Virus record (IMG/VR): IMGVR_UViG_3300001528_000580
Span: 192,001 to 256,000 of that record
Origin: a virus
Lineage: Duplodnaviria; Caudoviricetes
Strand: one strand, 5' to 3'
DNA: 64,000 nucleotides
The first letter of the stretch is position 1, and each line of letters starts with the position of its first letter. Under the pieces are notes generated by a model. It was given only the letters and a program-made list of their open reading frames with translations, was not told the DNA's origin and ran no database searches. The position numbers were made by a program, and so were the translations under genes. This document shows, piece after piece, positions 29,696-38,991 of the stretch.

Positions 29696-29868
29696 AAAAA
29701 TATTATTTGTTGCTTGACTTTTCAAGAATACGTGTTATAATATAGTAAATTCAAATTCTGAATATTCTTATAAGGAAAAAGTTTTAAAAATTTTTTATAT
29801 AATCATATTTAAAATATTATTGTTAAGATAATATTTAAATTGAACTAAACAAAATAAGGAGTAAACTT

Positions 29869-30132
29869 ATGGCTGATAAATTTCGTTGCGAATATTGTAG
29901 ACAAACATGGGATGAGAGTGAACTAGATGGTTCAATGATCTGTCCAGAGTGTTTGGAACCTTTTGAAGAAGATCCATATGATGAATATGATGAATTTGAT
30001 GACGAGTTCAGTGATGAATATGATGATGAAGAAATTGATGATGATTTTGATGATGTTGAATATGATGATGATTACGAAGGTGATGAAGAAGAAATGAAAG
30101 AATTTGAAGATAGGGATGACGACAATTATTAA
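29869..30132 (+). CDS. Zn-ribbon protein with a very acidic tail
   Basis: CEYC...CPEC then D/E-rich tail; TAAGGAG RBS. Confidence 0.75.
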   Translation: MADKFRCEYCRQTWDESELDGSMICPECLEPFEEDPYDEYDEFDDEFSDEYDDEEIDDDFDDVEYDDDYEGDEEEMKEFEDRDDDNY

Positions 30133-30164
30133 ATAAAATTATATAATAGCAAAGGTGCATTATA

Positions 30165-31121
30165 ATGAATATGAAGCAATTTGATGAGTTGATGAAGGAA
30201 TGTACTGGAAAGAATGTATTTGTAGGATTTTCTGGTGGTGCTGATAGCACTATGGTATTGCTTATTGCAAATCATTTTAAGAAAATTTATAATTTTAATA
30301 TTAAAGCAGTTCATTTTGAACATGGATTGCGAGGCAATGAAGCATTAGGTGATGCAAAGCATTGTGTTGATTTTTGCAACGATATGAACATTGACATTGA
30401 AGTTGTTCATCTTAATTTGAAAAATTCTTCACAAATTGAAGGAATTGCTAGACAAGCTCGTCTAAATTGGTGGAATGATAATTGTGATGAAAACTCTGTT
30501 GTAATGCTTGGTCATCATCTTGATGATCAAATTGAAAACTTTTTGATTAGAATGTCAAGAGGTTCAAATATTACAGGTTTAATCGGTATTCGTTCTATTT
30601 CTAAAATGAATAAGTTTACTATTATTAGACCATTGCTGGAAACAAGTAAAAAAGATATTGAAAAATATCTCACAGATGAAAGTTTTGATTGGGTAATTGA
30701 TAATACAAATAATGATTGTATCTGCCAACGTAACTATATTAGGAATAAGATTTTACCAAAATGGTATAAACAACATGGATTTATCTATGGTGGAATTAAG
30801 CAAAGTTTGAATACTATCAGTGAAGATGCTGATTTTATTGAAACAGAAGTTAAAAATAAATTTGATGAAATCAAAAATATGGATGGAATTTCTATTAACT
30901 TCTGGAAATCGCTTCATAGCGCCATTAGGGTTCGATTGTTGAGAATGTGGGTAAATACTGTCGTTCCTGAATATGTCCCCTCTAAAGCGTTTGTAGGGCA
31001 GTTTAACAACATGTGTGAATCGTTTAACAACACCGACCACAAACATTTGAAAATTAAAGGGAAATACGAGATTTTATTTAAGGCATACAAAACATATATT
31101 TTAAATTGTGAAGGAAATTGA
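30165..31121 (+). CDS. tilS: tRNA(Ile)-lysidine synthetase
   Basis: PP-loop SGGADS, HFEHGLR, ARQAR, GHHLDDQIENFL, RPLL, DNTN, RNYIR. Confidence 0.92.
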   Translation: MNMKQFDELMKECTGKNVFVGFSGGADSTMVLLIANHFKKIYNFNIKAVHFEHGLRGNEALGDAKHCVDFCNDMNIDIEVVHLNLKNSSQIEGIARQARLNWWNDNCDENSVVMLGHHLDDQIENFLIRMSRGSNITGLIGIRSISKMNKFTIIRPLLETSKKDIEKYLTDESFDWVIDNTNNDCICQRNYIRNKILPKWYKQHGFIYGGIKQSLNTISEDADFIETEVKNKFDEIKNMDGISINFWKSLHSAIRVRLLRMWVNTVVPEYVPSKAFVGQFNNMCESFNNTDHKHLKIKGKYEILFKAYKTYILNCEGN

Positions 31122-31122
31122 T

Positions 31123-31341
31123 ATGAGTAGAACATTTAGAAAAGTACCAATCTTTGTTGACCCGCTTTTTGGAAAAAATAATGAGAAAAGAAAAAGAAAA
31201 GTGAAAAATGTTGAAAAGAAAAATCAAAGGCTGGTAGTATTTGATGGAAAAAGTAATGATGAAGTATGGTATTCTAAAGATGATGATACAAGAGAAAAAC
31301 TTTTGGAAAAAGCAGAAAAAATAGATGAAAATAGCAATTAA
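31123..31341 (+). CDS. small basic hypothetical protein
   Basis: MSRTFRK start with AAGGA RBS. Confidence 0.6.
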   Translation: MSRTFRKVPIFVDPLFGKNNEKRKRKVKNVEKKNQRLVVFDGKSNDEVWYSKDDDTREKLLEKAEKIDENSN

Positions 31342-32032
31342 TAAAATATTATTAAGTAATTCTAACAGAAAATTAGATTCAGATATTATTGTATATGATG
31401 ATATATATAATAATGTTTCAAATGAATCTAGTTTTCTGTTTTGTTCTATTAAAGAAGCAAGATATTGGAATAAAAGAGAGAATTTCGATAAAGGATATGT
31501 TATTGCTCCATATTTTGACTTAGGGGTTACATGTTTTCTTCCAGCTATTCAAAATGAATATGTTAATTTCAATGGTGAATTTAAATTAGTTTGTCAACTC
31601 AATTCTGATGATATTGGAAAATTTTGCAGAAGTAATAGTGGTGATAAATTATGGTCAGGTCAAGTACTTGATGAAGGATTGATCTCTATAATTAAAGATA
31701 AATTACAACCAGATGATTTATTATATTTGAGTGATTATAAAAATTTTGATGGTTGTGAATTTCGTTGTTGGGTAATTGATGAAAAAGTGATTGAAATTAC
31801 AACTTATGATAGAATAAATACAAAATCATTAATTTTAGATAAATATGATGAAGTATTAAAATATGTAGAAAATATTAACAAATATTGGACACCAGATTCA
31901 TTATTTACTGTTGATATATGTTTTTTTAATGGAAATCCTAAAATAGTAGAATATAATTGCTTTGCTACCAGTGGATTTTATAATGCTGATGTTAATAAAA
32001 TATGTAATATTGTCAAAGAATATTATAAATAA
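31325..32032 (+). CDS. ATP-grasp (R2K/DUF4343-like) protein
   Basis: FCRSNSGDKLWSGQV, EFRCWV, FTVDIC, KIVEYNCFATSGFY. Confidence 0.75.
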   Translation: MKIAINKILLSNSNRKLDSDIIVYDDIYNNVSNESSFLFCSIKEARYWNKRENFDKGYVIAPYFDLGVTCFLPAIQNEYVNFNGEFKLVCQLNSDDIGKFCRSNSGDKLWSGQVLDEGLISIIKDKLQPDDLLYLSDYKNFDGCEFRCWVIDEKVIEITTYDRINTKSLILDKYDEVLKYVENINKYWTPDSLFTVDICFFNGNPKIVEYNCFATSGFYNADVNKICNIVKEYYK

Positions 32033-32044
32033 AAAGGAATTAAG

Positions 32045-32548
32045 ATGAAATATAAATTAAGTCTTACATTTGATTCAATTGATAAACCAGATGAAGATAA
32101 AATCAAAAATGCTGTACTTCAAGCTGTTAATAATATTGGAATCAAATCAGATGATTGTAATATAATGGTTGATTATCAGAAAGAACTGAATGATATGTCT
32201 AGAGATAAACAACGTGCTTTAGGATTACTTCATTTAAGAATGCAAAATTATATTGTTTCAATTGCTGATAGTGCAAACTTTGAAGAAATATCAGATAAAA
32301 TTACATTTACTGAATTTGAAATGCAAAAAATATGGGGATTTGAATTAAATAGAAATTATCACACTCATTGGTTAAGACCAAGATGTTGTTCTTGTTCTAA
32401 AACTGAAAATAAATTATTGTTTGGCAAGGGATATATCATTGATTCTAATTGTAAAATTCATAAGCATCAAATAGAATATGATTTTAAAGATATGATTGAA
32501 AAAGTAAAAAATAAAGATATATTATCTGAATTAATTAAGGAGTTTTAA
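32045..32548 (+). CDS. hypothetical phage protein
   Basis: EFEMQKIWGF...YHTHW...CSC...CKIH. Confidence 0.7.
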   Translation: MKYKLSLTFDSIDKPDEDKIKNAVLQAVNNIGIKSDDCNIMVDYQKELNDMSRDKQRALGLLHLRMQNYIVSIADSANFEEISDKITFTEFEMQKIWGFELNRNYHTHWLRPRCCSCSKTENKLLFGKGYIIDSNCKIHKHQIEYDFKDMIEKVKNKDILSELIKEF

Positions 32549-32553
32549 TAATT

Positions 32554-32910
32554 ATGGGTTGTTATGATTCATTTAAATTAGACCATGATATTAATTTTAT
32601 TGATCCAATTACAAACAAAACTGTAATTATCAAAAGTGGATATTATCAAACAAAGGATTTTGATTCTTGTTTTGATTGTTATAGAATTACAGATAAATTT
32701 GAAGTGGAAGAAAAATTATTTGATTATGTTGATATTCCAGAAGAAAAAAGAAAGTTTAAATGGCAAAAAACAGAAGCTATATTTAAAGGTTGGAAAAAAG
32801 CAAAAAGTTTTATTGGAAGTGTGGATATATATAATGAAGAAAAAAGTTATGTACTTTTTGTTGAAAAAGGAAAAATTTTCAGAGTTATTGAACGTAGGAT
32901 GAAAAAATAA
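32554..32910 (+). CDS. hypothetical phage protein
   Basis: MGCYD...YQTKDFDS motif; TAAGGAG RBS. Confidence 0.7.
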   Translation: MGCYDSFKLDHDINFIDPITNKTVIIKSGYYQTKDFDSCFDCYRITDKFEVEEKLFDYVDIPEEKRKFKWQKTEAIFKGWKKAKSFIGSVDIYNEEKSYVLFVEKGKIFRVIERRMKK

Positions 32911-33206
32911 TGGATTATGAATTTCACATAAATAAATTAAATTTAGGTGAAGATACGTCTTTTAGATGTATTGGAAATTCTATGACTCCTTTAATATATA
33001 CTAATAGTATTTGTACTTTCAAAAAACAAAGTGAGTATGAAATTGGAGATATTGTATTTTGTAAAGTTAAAGGTAGATATATTCAAGCTCATTTGATAAA
33101 AGGTAAATCGAATGGTAAATATTTAATTGGAAATAATCATGGATTAATCAATGGTTGGACTTCTCAAGTATATGGTAAAGTAATAAAAATAGAAAAACCA
33201 AATTAA
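32910..33206 (+). CDS. S24/S26 peptidase-like domain protein
   Basis: GNSMTPLI, GDIVFCKV, HLIK. Confidence 0.65.
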   Translation: MDYEFHINKLNLGEDTSFRCIGNSMTPLIYTNSICTFKKQSEYEIGDIVFCKVKGRYIQAHLIKGKSNGKYLIGNNHGLINGWTSQVYGKVIKIEKPN

Positions 33207-33218
33207 GGAATAAACAAA

Positions 33219-33995
33219 ATGACAAAACAAGAAAAATTTTTTACTTTTCTTCCTGATCGGTATTATGAACTTTTTAACAAATGGGCTGATTTTATTGGAA
33301 ATAGTGTCAATGATATAGATGGATTTAGTATTATCAAAAATAAAAAATCAGATATTAATGTTTATAAAGAAAGATATCCTGGACATGAAATTGCAAAGGA
33401 TGTTTTTTTGAGCTTTATGATTGCAATAATTGAAAATAAAGATAATTCACATGAAAAATTTGTAGAATTTTCAAACGATAAAAAAGAAATTGGAAAAATT
33501 ATTGAAAAATCTTTAAAAGAATATATAAATGCTGAAAATAGTATTAGAGAAAGCAAAAAAATTAAAATATCTGGTGATATTGTTATTACAGACCATTGTT
33601 ATATTAGCAATAATATTTGTAATATAGGCAAAGGTATTATTACTAATATGAAAAGATTTGATAATCCATGTATAGCTTCATCAACTCTTTATGGTGATTG
33701 GTCATGTGGAGTTTTAAATACAGATACCCAAGAACATATTGGAAATTTTTGTGCTGATGCAGGTCTTGTAATTGTATGCACTCTTAATGATGCAATTAAA
33801 TTCAATAAAGATTTTGAAAAATGGGCAGAAGAACATAATTGGTGTGTTACCATTATTAAGGGATTTGATGGTGAAATTGAAATTGCATATGAACCAGAAG
33901 AATATGAATATAAAGGTGAAAAATGTGTTGAAAAATCTTGCGTAATATATGGAAAGGGTAATATTAATTTCAAGGGGTTTCAAATAGGATTTTAA
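33219..33995 (+). CDS. hypothetical phage protein
   Basis: GDIVITDHCY, TLYGDWSC, GNFCADAGLV. Confidence 0.75.
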   Translation: MTKQEKFFTFLPDRYYELFNKWADFIGNSVNDIDGFSIIKNKKSDINVYKERYPGHEIAKDVFLSFMIAIIENKDNSHEKFVEFSNDKKEIGKIIEKSLKEYINAENSIRESKKIKISGDIVITDHCYISNNICNIGKGIITNMKRFDNPCIASSTLYGDWSCGVLNTDTQEHIGNFCADAGLVIVCTLNDAIKFNKDFEKWAEEHNWCVTIIKGFDGEIEIAYEPEEYEYKGEKCVEKSCVIYGKGNINFKGFQIGF

Positions 33996-34086
33996 TTTTT
34001 TTTAAAAGGGGGATAAAATGAGTAGTTTAAAAATCAAAGATGGTAAAGAATATTATAAATCATAATGTTTTAAGGAATGCTTATTC

Positions 34087-34623
34087 ATGAAAATAATAAA
34101 AAGTATAGTTAATGGTGAAATAAAATATCTTCCTGATAGTGAAAAAACGGCTGTATTAGAAGGCATTTTATATAATTGCACAGAAGTAAAATATATACAA
34201 TATAAATTTTCTATATCAAATGGTAAATTTAATATAGAATATATTAATGTTGAAGATGGAATTATGGGGTGTTATACTGAATGTTCAAAATTTATTCCAC
34301 CATTCCCACGTCATGTAGATATTGTTTCTGTAAAAGATAATAATATTGCTTTTTTGAAATATTATGATAATAAATTTATCTTAAATTTATCAATGATAGA
34401 AAATGGTAGTTTTTTAATAGATGGTTCAGGGATTTATGTTGTTCCTGATAGAATTAGATCTTGTGAAAATAAATATGTTTTAGATAAATCAAAAAAACTT
34501 ATTGAAAAAATGATAAAAAACAAATCTAATAAATTAATCAGAAAAAGAATTTCTAATTTGAAATCTTTAAAAGTAAAAAACAATTGGATTAAATCTTTAT
34601 TATTTTATGATAAAAAAAGTTGA
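34087..34623 (+). CDS. hypothetical protein
   Basis: 178-aa ORF. Confidence 0.65.
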   Translation: MKIIKSIVNGEIKYLPDSEKTAVLEGILYNCTEVKYIQYKFSISNGKFNIEYINVEDGIMGCYTECSKFIPPFPRHVDIVSVKDNNIAFLKYYDNKFILNLSMIENGSFLIDGSGIYVVPDRIRSCENKYVLDKSKKLIEKMIKNKSNKLIRKRISNLKSLKVKNNWIKSLLFYDKKS

Positions 34624-34641
34624 TTTTTTCAAAAAAATAAC

Positions 34642-34669
34642 TTGCACATTTTAAAAATAGTGCTATATT
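34642..34669 (+). promoter_or_regulatory. promoter upstream of the GNAT-cas12a unit
   Basis: TTGCAC-N16-TATATT with extended -10 TG. Confidence 0.65.
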
Positions 34670-34699
34670 ATTCTTGTAAATATATAAAGGTATATATAA

Positions 34700-35212
34700 A
34701 TGAATATTTTAAAAGCAAAAGAGAAGCTAAATAGCATTAAAGTTCAGAATATTACTCCTATTATTTTAAAAGAACTTGATCCAACTAGTCGAACAGAAAT
34801 TAAATATGTGATAGATACTGTTGATTTAATTGATGATGACCTAGAAGATTATACCAAATGTACACCAAAAAATGTTAAAAAAGATTTAATTTTAGGAAGA
34901 CAATTCTTCCTATTTTTAAGAGGGAAAAATGTAATTGGTTCAATTGGTATGAAAGTTTACGAAAATGGAGTTGTTGATTTATATAACTTTGGTGTCTTTC
35001 CAAAATATCAGGGGAATGGATATGGTAGAAAGAGTCTATCAACTATCATTAGATATATTTTAGAAAAATATCCAAATACGTCTGAAATTCATATCTGCGT
35101 ATATAAGACAAGTCGTATAGCACTTCATTTGTATAAAACAATGGGATTCAAAATTGAAGAAATATGGGATAAAATGTATTTTATGGTTAAAAAGATTAAG
35201 GAATCAGAATAA
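34700..35212 (+). CDS. GNAT-family acetyltransferase
   Basis: Motif A GVFPKYQGNGYG; motif B ALHLYKTMGF. Confidence 0.88.
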   Translation: MNILKAKEKLNSIKVQNITPIILKELDPTSRTEIKYVIDTVDLIDDDLEDYTKCTPKNVKKDLILGRQFFLFLRGKNVIGSIGMKVYENGVVDLYNFGVFPKYQGNGYGRKSLSTIIRYILEKYPNTSEIHICVYKTSRIALHLYKTMGFKIEEIWDKMYFMVKKIKESE

Positions 35213-35291
35213 AACAATTATTTAATAGAATTATATACTTTAAATTAATGTAGAATAGTAAAAATTTATAATAATATAAAGGGAATATTAA

Positions 35292-38200
35292 ATGAATAAT
35301 GTATTTGAACAATTTACAAACCAGTACTCTACATCAAAAACAATTTGTTTTAAATTGATACCAAGTGAAATTACAATGAAAAACATTGAAAAAAATGGAT
35401 TCATTAATAGAGATTTTGAAAGATATAACAACTACAAGGTAGTCAAGAAACTTTTTGATGATTATCATAGATTTTTTATTGAATCTTCATTAAAAGATAT
35501 AAGTTTGGATGTAAGTGAATTGTATAGACTTTCTGTAGAGTTTCGCAATAATAAGGAAATTAAAAAAGAACTTGATGCAGAAATAAAAAAAGTTAAAGTT
35601 AATATTGAAAATGTGTTTAAAAATAATGAAATCTTTGAAGAACTTTTCAATAATTCATTTATAGAAATTGTAGATGATTATACAAATAACCAATTTACAG
35701 ATATTCTATATTCTTTTAATGGAATGACAGGTTATTTTGGAAAATATAATGAAAATAGAAGAAATGTATATAATAAAAGTATACCAAGCAGAATTGTTGA
35801 AGAAAATTTTCAGATATTTGTAAATAATATATTAAAATTTGAAAAAGTTATTTCAAAGTATCCTGAATTAAAAGATAAAATAATTTCAGTTATTACAGAT
35901 AATAACTGTGTAGCTAATATATTTAATTATGAACAATATTGTAATTTTATTATTCAAAATGGAATAGATAATTATAATAATAGTATTGGAATAATCAATC
36001 AATTTGTCAATGAATCTTATCAAAAGAATGAAATAGATAGTAAGTTGAAATTTGCTAAACTTAACAAACAGATTCTTAGTGATACAATTAGTTCTTTTGT
36101 AATAGAAAATTTTGATAATATTGATGACACAGTACGTTCTATTAAATCGTTTATTAGTGATATTAAAAAAGATAATTTTTTTGATTTAATTAATCAATTG
36201 TCAAATAATTTTGATTACTTTGACAGTGATAAAGTGTACATTTATAAAAATAATATAAATAAAATTTCAAATATATTATTTGGTGATTATAATTATATTA
36301 AAACTTTATTGGTTGATTATGCTGATGAGCATTTTAACACTAAAAGTCAAAAGAATAATTTTATTGATTCTGATTATTTTACTGTTTCTATTCTTGATGA
36401 GATAATAAAAGTAAAAAATATCAAAGATATTTTAAATTTTGATTTTAATGTTATTGATAAAAATATTGAACAGTTTTTGAGTATAAATGATTATACTAAG
36501 GATAAATCTATTCAGATAATCAAAAATATGTTTGATAGTATTCAATATTGTAAAAAAATATTTGATTTGTTACAATGTCAAGAAGAACAATTGGATAAGG
36601 ATGTAATTTTTTATAATGAATATAAAAATATATATGATATATTTAAATCATTTTCAAAATTGTATAACCAAGTAAGAAACTTTTTTACAAAAAAGAATAG
36701 AAACAAAAACAAGGTAGTACTTAAATTTGATAATCCAATTTTTGGCAAGGGGTTAGCTTTTAGTAAAGAAAAAGATTATAAAACATTTTTCTTTAAACAT
36801 GGAAATAATTTCTATATTGGAATAATGAATAAGGATAATATGCCAAAATTTGTTGAATCGAATGATGGAGATGTAGTACAAAAATATATATTTCAATCAT
36901 TTAGCAATCCAACTAAACAAGTACCTAGATGTTGTTTTACTCAAGGTATCAAAAAACATTTTGAAAGCGGAACTGATGATATTATTGTAAATAAAGAAGT
37001 ATTTACAAATAGTTTACGCTTTACAAAAAAGATATTTGATATTTATGAAAGTAAAAGTTTTAAAAATAATATTGAAGATAAAAACGATTATATTGATTTT
37101 ATCAAACATTTCTTTAATTCATATAAAAATATTAAGAATTATTATGATTTGAGTAAGTTTAAGTCATCTGAGGAATATCCAACATTAGAAAGTTTCTATG
37201 AAGATGCAGAAAAATATTTTTATTTAATTGATAGTATAAATGTATCATATGAAGATATTAAACAAATGGAATTGAATAATCAGTTATTTACATTTCAAAT
37301 ATATTCTAAAGATTTTTCTAAATATAGAAAAGAAAATAGTAATAAAAACATACATACTTTATTGTTTGAGGCAATATTTTCAGAAGAAAATAAGAAACAA
37401 ATGTTTCCATTTCGTTTAAATGGTAATTTTGAAATATTTTTCAGAAAGAAAAGTATTGATAATCCCACTATACATAAAAAGGGGGAGAAACTTTTAAATA
37501 AAACAGATTTAAATGGTAATAGAATACCAAACAATATTTATATGGAACTTTTTCAGTTTATTAATGGTAGACTTGAAAAAGATATCAGTAATGAAGCATT
37601 GGCATATATGGATAAAATTAAAATAAATGAAGCTCATTTTGATATTGTAAAGGATAATAGATATACAACAGATCAGTTTGAAATACATTTGCCAATGATA
37701 TTAAATGCATTGAGTGGAAATAAAGTTAAAATAAAAGATTTTAACGAAGAAATTAATGCATATGTAAAGAAAAATAATTGTAATATTATTGGTATAGATA
37801 GAGGTGAAAGAAACTTACTTACCTATACTGTAATTGATGGTTCTACTGGTAAGGAAATAGAACATGGAACATTAGATGAAGTCAATGGAGTGAATTATAA
37901 TAATTTATTAACATTACGTTCAATTGAAAGAAATAAAGCAAGGAAAAATTGGAATGAAATTGAACAAATTAAAGAATTAAAATCAGGATATTTGTCATGG
38001 TGTATTCATAAAATCTGTAATTTAATCGTTAAATATAATGCAGTAATTTGTCTTGAAAGACTTAATTCAAAAATGAAAAAAAGCAGAGCAAAAATAGAGA
38101 AACAAATTTATAATGCTTTTGAAAAAAGTTTAATCAACAAGTTAAGTTATATGATTAATGACAAAAAAGAATCTATATTTAATGGTAAACAGTTAGTTTG

Positions 38201-38852
38201 TATCACCGATCAAATGAATGATTGTATTCAAAATGGTATTATATATTTTGTTGATCCTTCATATACATCAAAAGTAGATCCAGAAACAGGATTTGCAAAT
38301 GTATTTAGAATCAGTGAAATAACTAATAATAAGAAAAAGATTGAATTTTTCAGTAATTTTAATAGTATTATTTTTGATGGTAATGATTTTGTATTTTCTT
38401 TTGATTATAAAAAGTTTAATACATGGAAAAAATATAAAGATGGTAAATTTACAGTAAGTTCTATTGGTGATAGGATAAAAAGATTCAAAAATACAAACGG
38501 TTATTTTGATTATAAAACAATATATCCAACTATTGAATTGAAAAATATTTTTTCTGGAATAGATTATAATATAAATGAAAATTTAAAATCAATAATATTA
38601 TCTGATGAACAACTTTGTTCTAAAGTATTTGATATATTCAAATATATTGTAACATTAAGAAATACTAATTCAGAGTGTGATTATATTATATCGCCAGTTA
38701 AAAATAATAATGGAGAGTATTTTGATACAAGAAAAATAAAGAATTCAAATGCTGATACTATTGCGTCATTTAATATTGCAACAAAAGGATTCTTATATAT
38801 AAATTACTCGAAATTAAAAGTTGAAGATTATTTTAATCATTTAAAAAAGTAA
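35292..38852 (+). CDS. cas12a: type V-A CRISPR effector Cas12a, 1186 aa
   Basis: FTNQYSTSKT..F.LIP start, ENRRNVY, KLNKQILSD, YNQVRNF, FQIYSKDFS, RuvC-I IGIDRGERNL (D836), RuvC-II LE (E922), YTSKVDPETGF, RuvC-III NAD (D1155). Confidence 0.97.
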   Translation: MNNVFEQFTNQYSTSKTICFKLIPSEITMKNIEKNGFINRDFERYNNYKVVKKLFDDYHRFFIESSLKDISLDVSELYRLSVEFRNNKEIKKELDAEIKKVKVNIENVFKNNEIFEELFNNSFIEIVDDYTNNQFTDILYSFNGMTGYFGKYNENRRNVYNKSIPSRIVEENFQIFVNNILKFEKVISKYPELKDKIISVITDNNCVANIFNYEQYCNFIIQNGIDNYNNSIGIINQFVNESYQKNEIDSKLKFAKLNKQILSDTISSFVIENFDNIDDTVRSIKSFISDIKKDNFFDLINQLSNNFDYFDSDKVYIYKNNINKISNILFGDYNYIKTLLVDYADEHFNTKSQKNNFIDSDYFTVSILDEIIKVKNIKDILNFDFNVIDKNIEQFLSINDYTKDKSIQIIKNMFDSIQYCKKIFDLLQCQEEQLDKDVIFYNEYKNIYDIFKSFSKLYNQVRNFFTKKNRNKNKVVLKFDNPIFGKGLAFSKEKDYKTFFFKHGNNFYIGIMNKDNMPKFVESNDGDVVQKYIFQSFSNPTKQVPRCCFTQGIKKHFESGTDDIIVNKEVFTNSLRFTKKIFDIYESKSFKNNIEDKNDYIDFIKHFFNSYKNIKNYYDLSKFKSSEEYPTLESFYEDAEKYFYLIDSINVSYEDIKQMELNNQLFTFQIYSKDFSKYRKENSNKNIHTLLFEAIFSEENKKQMFPFRLNGNFEIFFRKKSIDNPTIHKKGEKLLNKTDLNGNRIPNNIYMELFQFINGRLEKDISNEALAYMDKIKINEAHFDIVKDNRYTTDQFEIHLPMILNALSGNKVKIKDFNEEINAYVKKNNCNIIGIDRGERNLLTYTVIDGSTGKEIEHGTLDEVNGVNYNNLLTLRSIERNKARKNWNEIEQIKELKSGYLSWCIHKICNLIVKYNAVICLERLNSKMKKSRAKIEKQIYNAFEKSLINKLSYMINDKKESIFNGKQLVCITDQMNDCIQNGIIYFVDPSYTSKVDPETGFANVFRISEITNNKKKIEFFSNFNSIIFDGNDFVFSFDYKKFNTWKKYKDGKFTVSSIGDRIKRFKNTNGYFDYKTIYPTIELKNIFSGIDYNINENLKSIILSDEQLCSKVFDIFKYIVTLRNTNSECDYIISPVKNNNGEYFDTRKIKNSNADTIASFNIATKGFLYINYSKLKVEDYFNHLKK

Positions 38853-38991
38853 TTTGTTAAATGATTGTGTTGTTTGAAAATTTATTGCAAACCTAAGTGT
38901 TATTAAAAATGAATTGAGCTTAATTTGCAAAAATAAAGAAAAATATTTCTGAAAAAAATATTGTAAATAAGCTCAATTTATTAAATATACT
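38853..38991 (+). promoter_or_regulatory. CRISPR leader with boxA-like element and long inverted repeat
   Basis: TGTTGTTTGAAAA at 38868-38880; AATTGAGCTTA...TAAGCTCAATT arms at 38912-38978. Confidence 0.65.

Noticed and set aside
35292-38852. Nuclease-dead Cas12a acting only as a repressor
   Set aside because: RuvC D836, E922, D1155 and the Nuc-domain LRN arginine are present, and spacers are full length.
38853-38991. tracrRNA or scoutRNA
   Set aside because: No anti-repeat found; Cas12a processes its own crRNA and H728 is retained.
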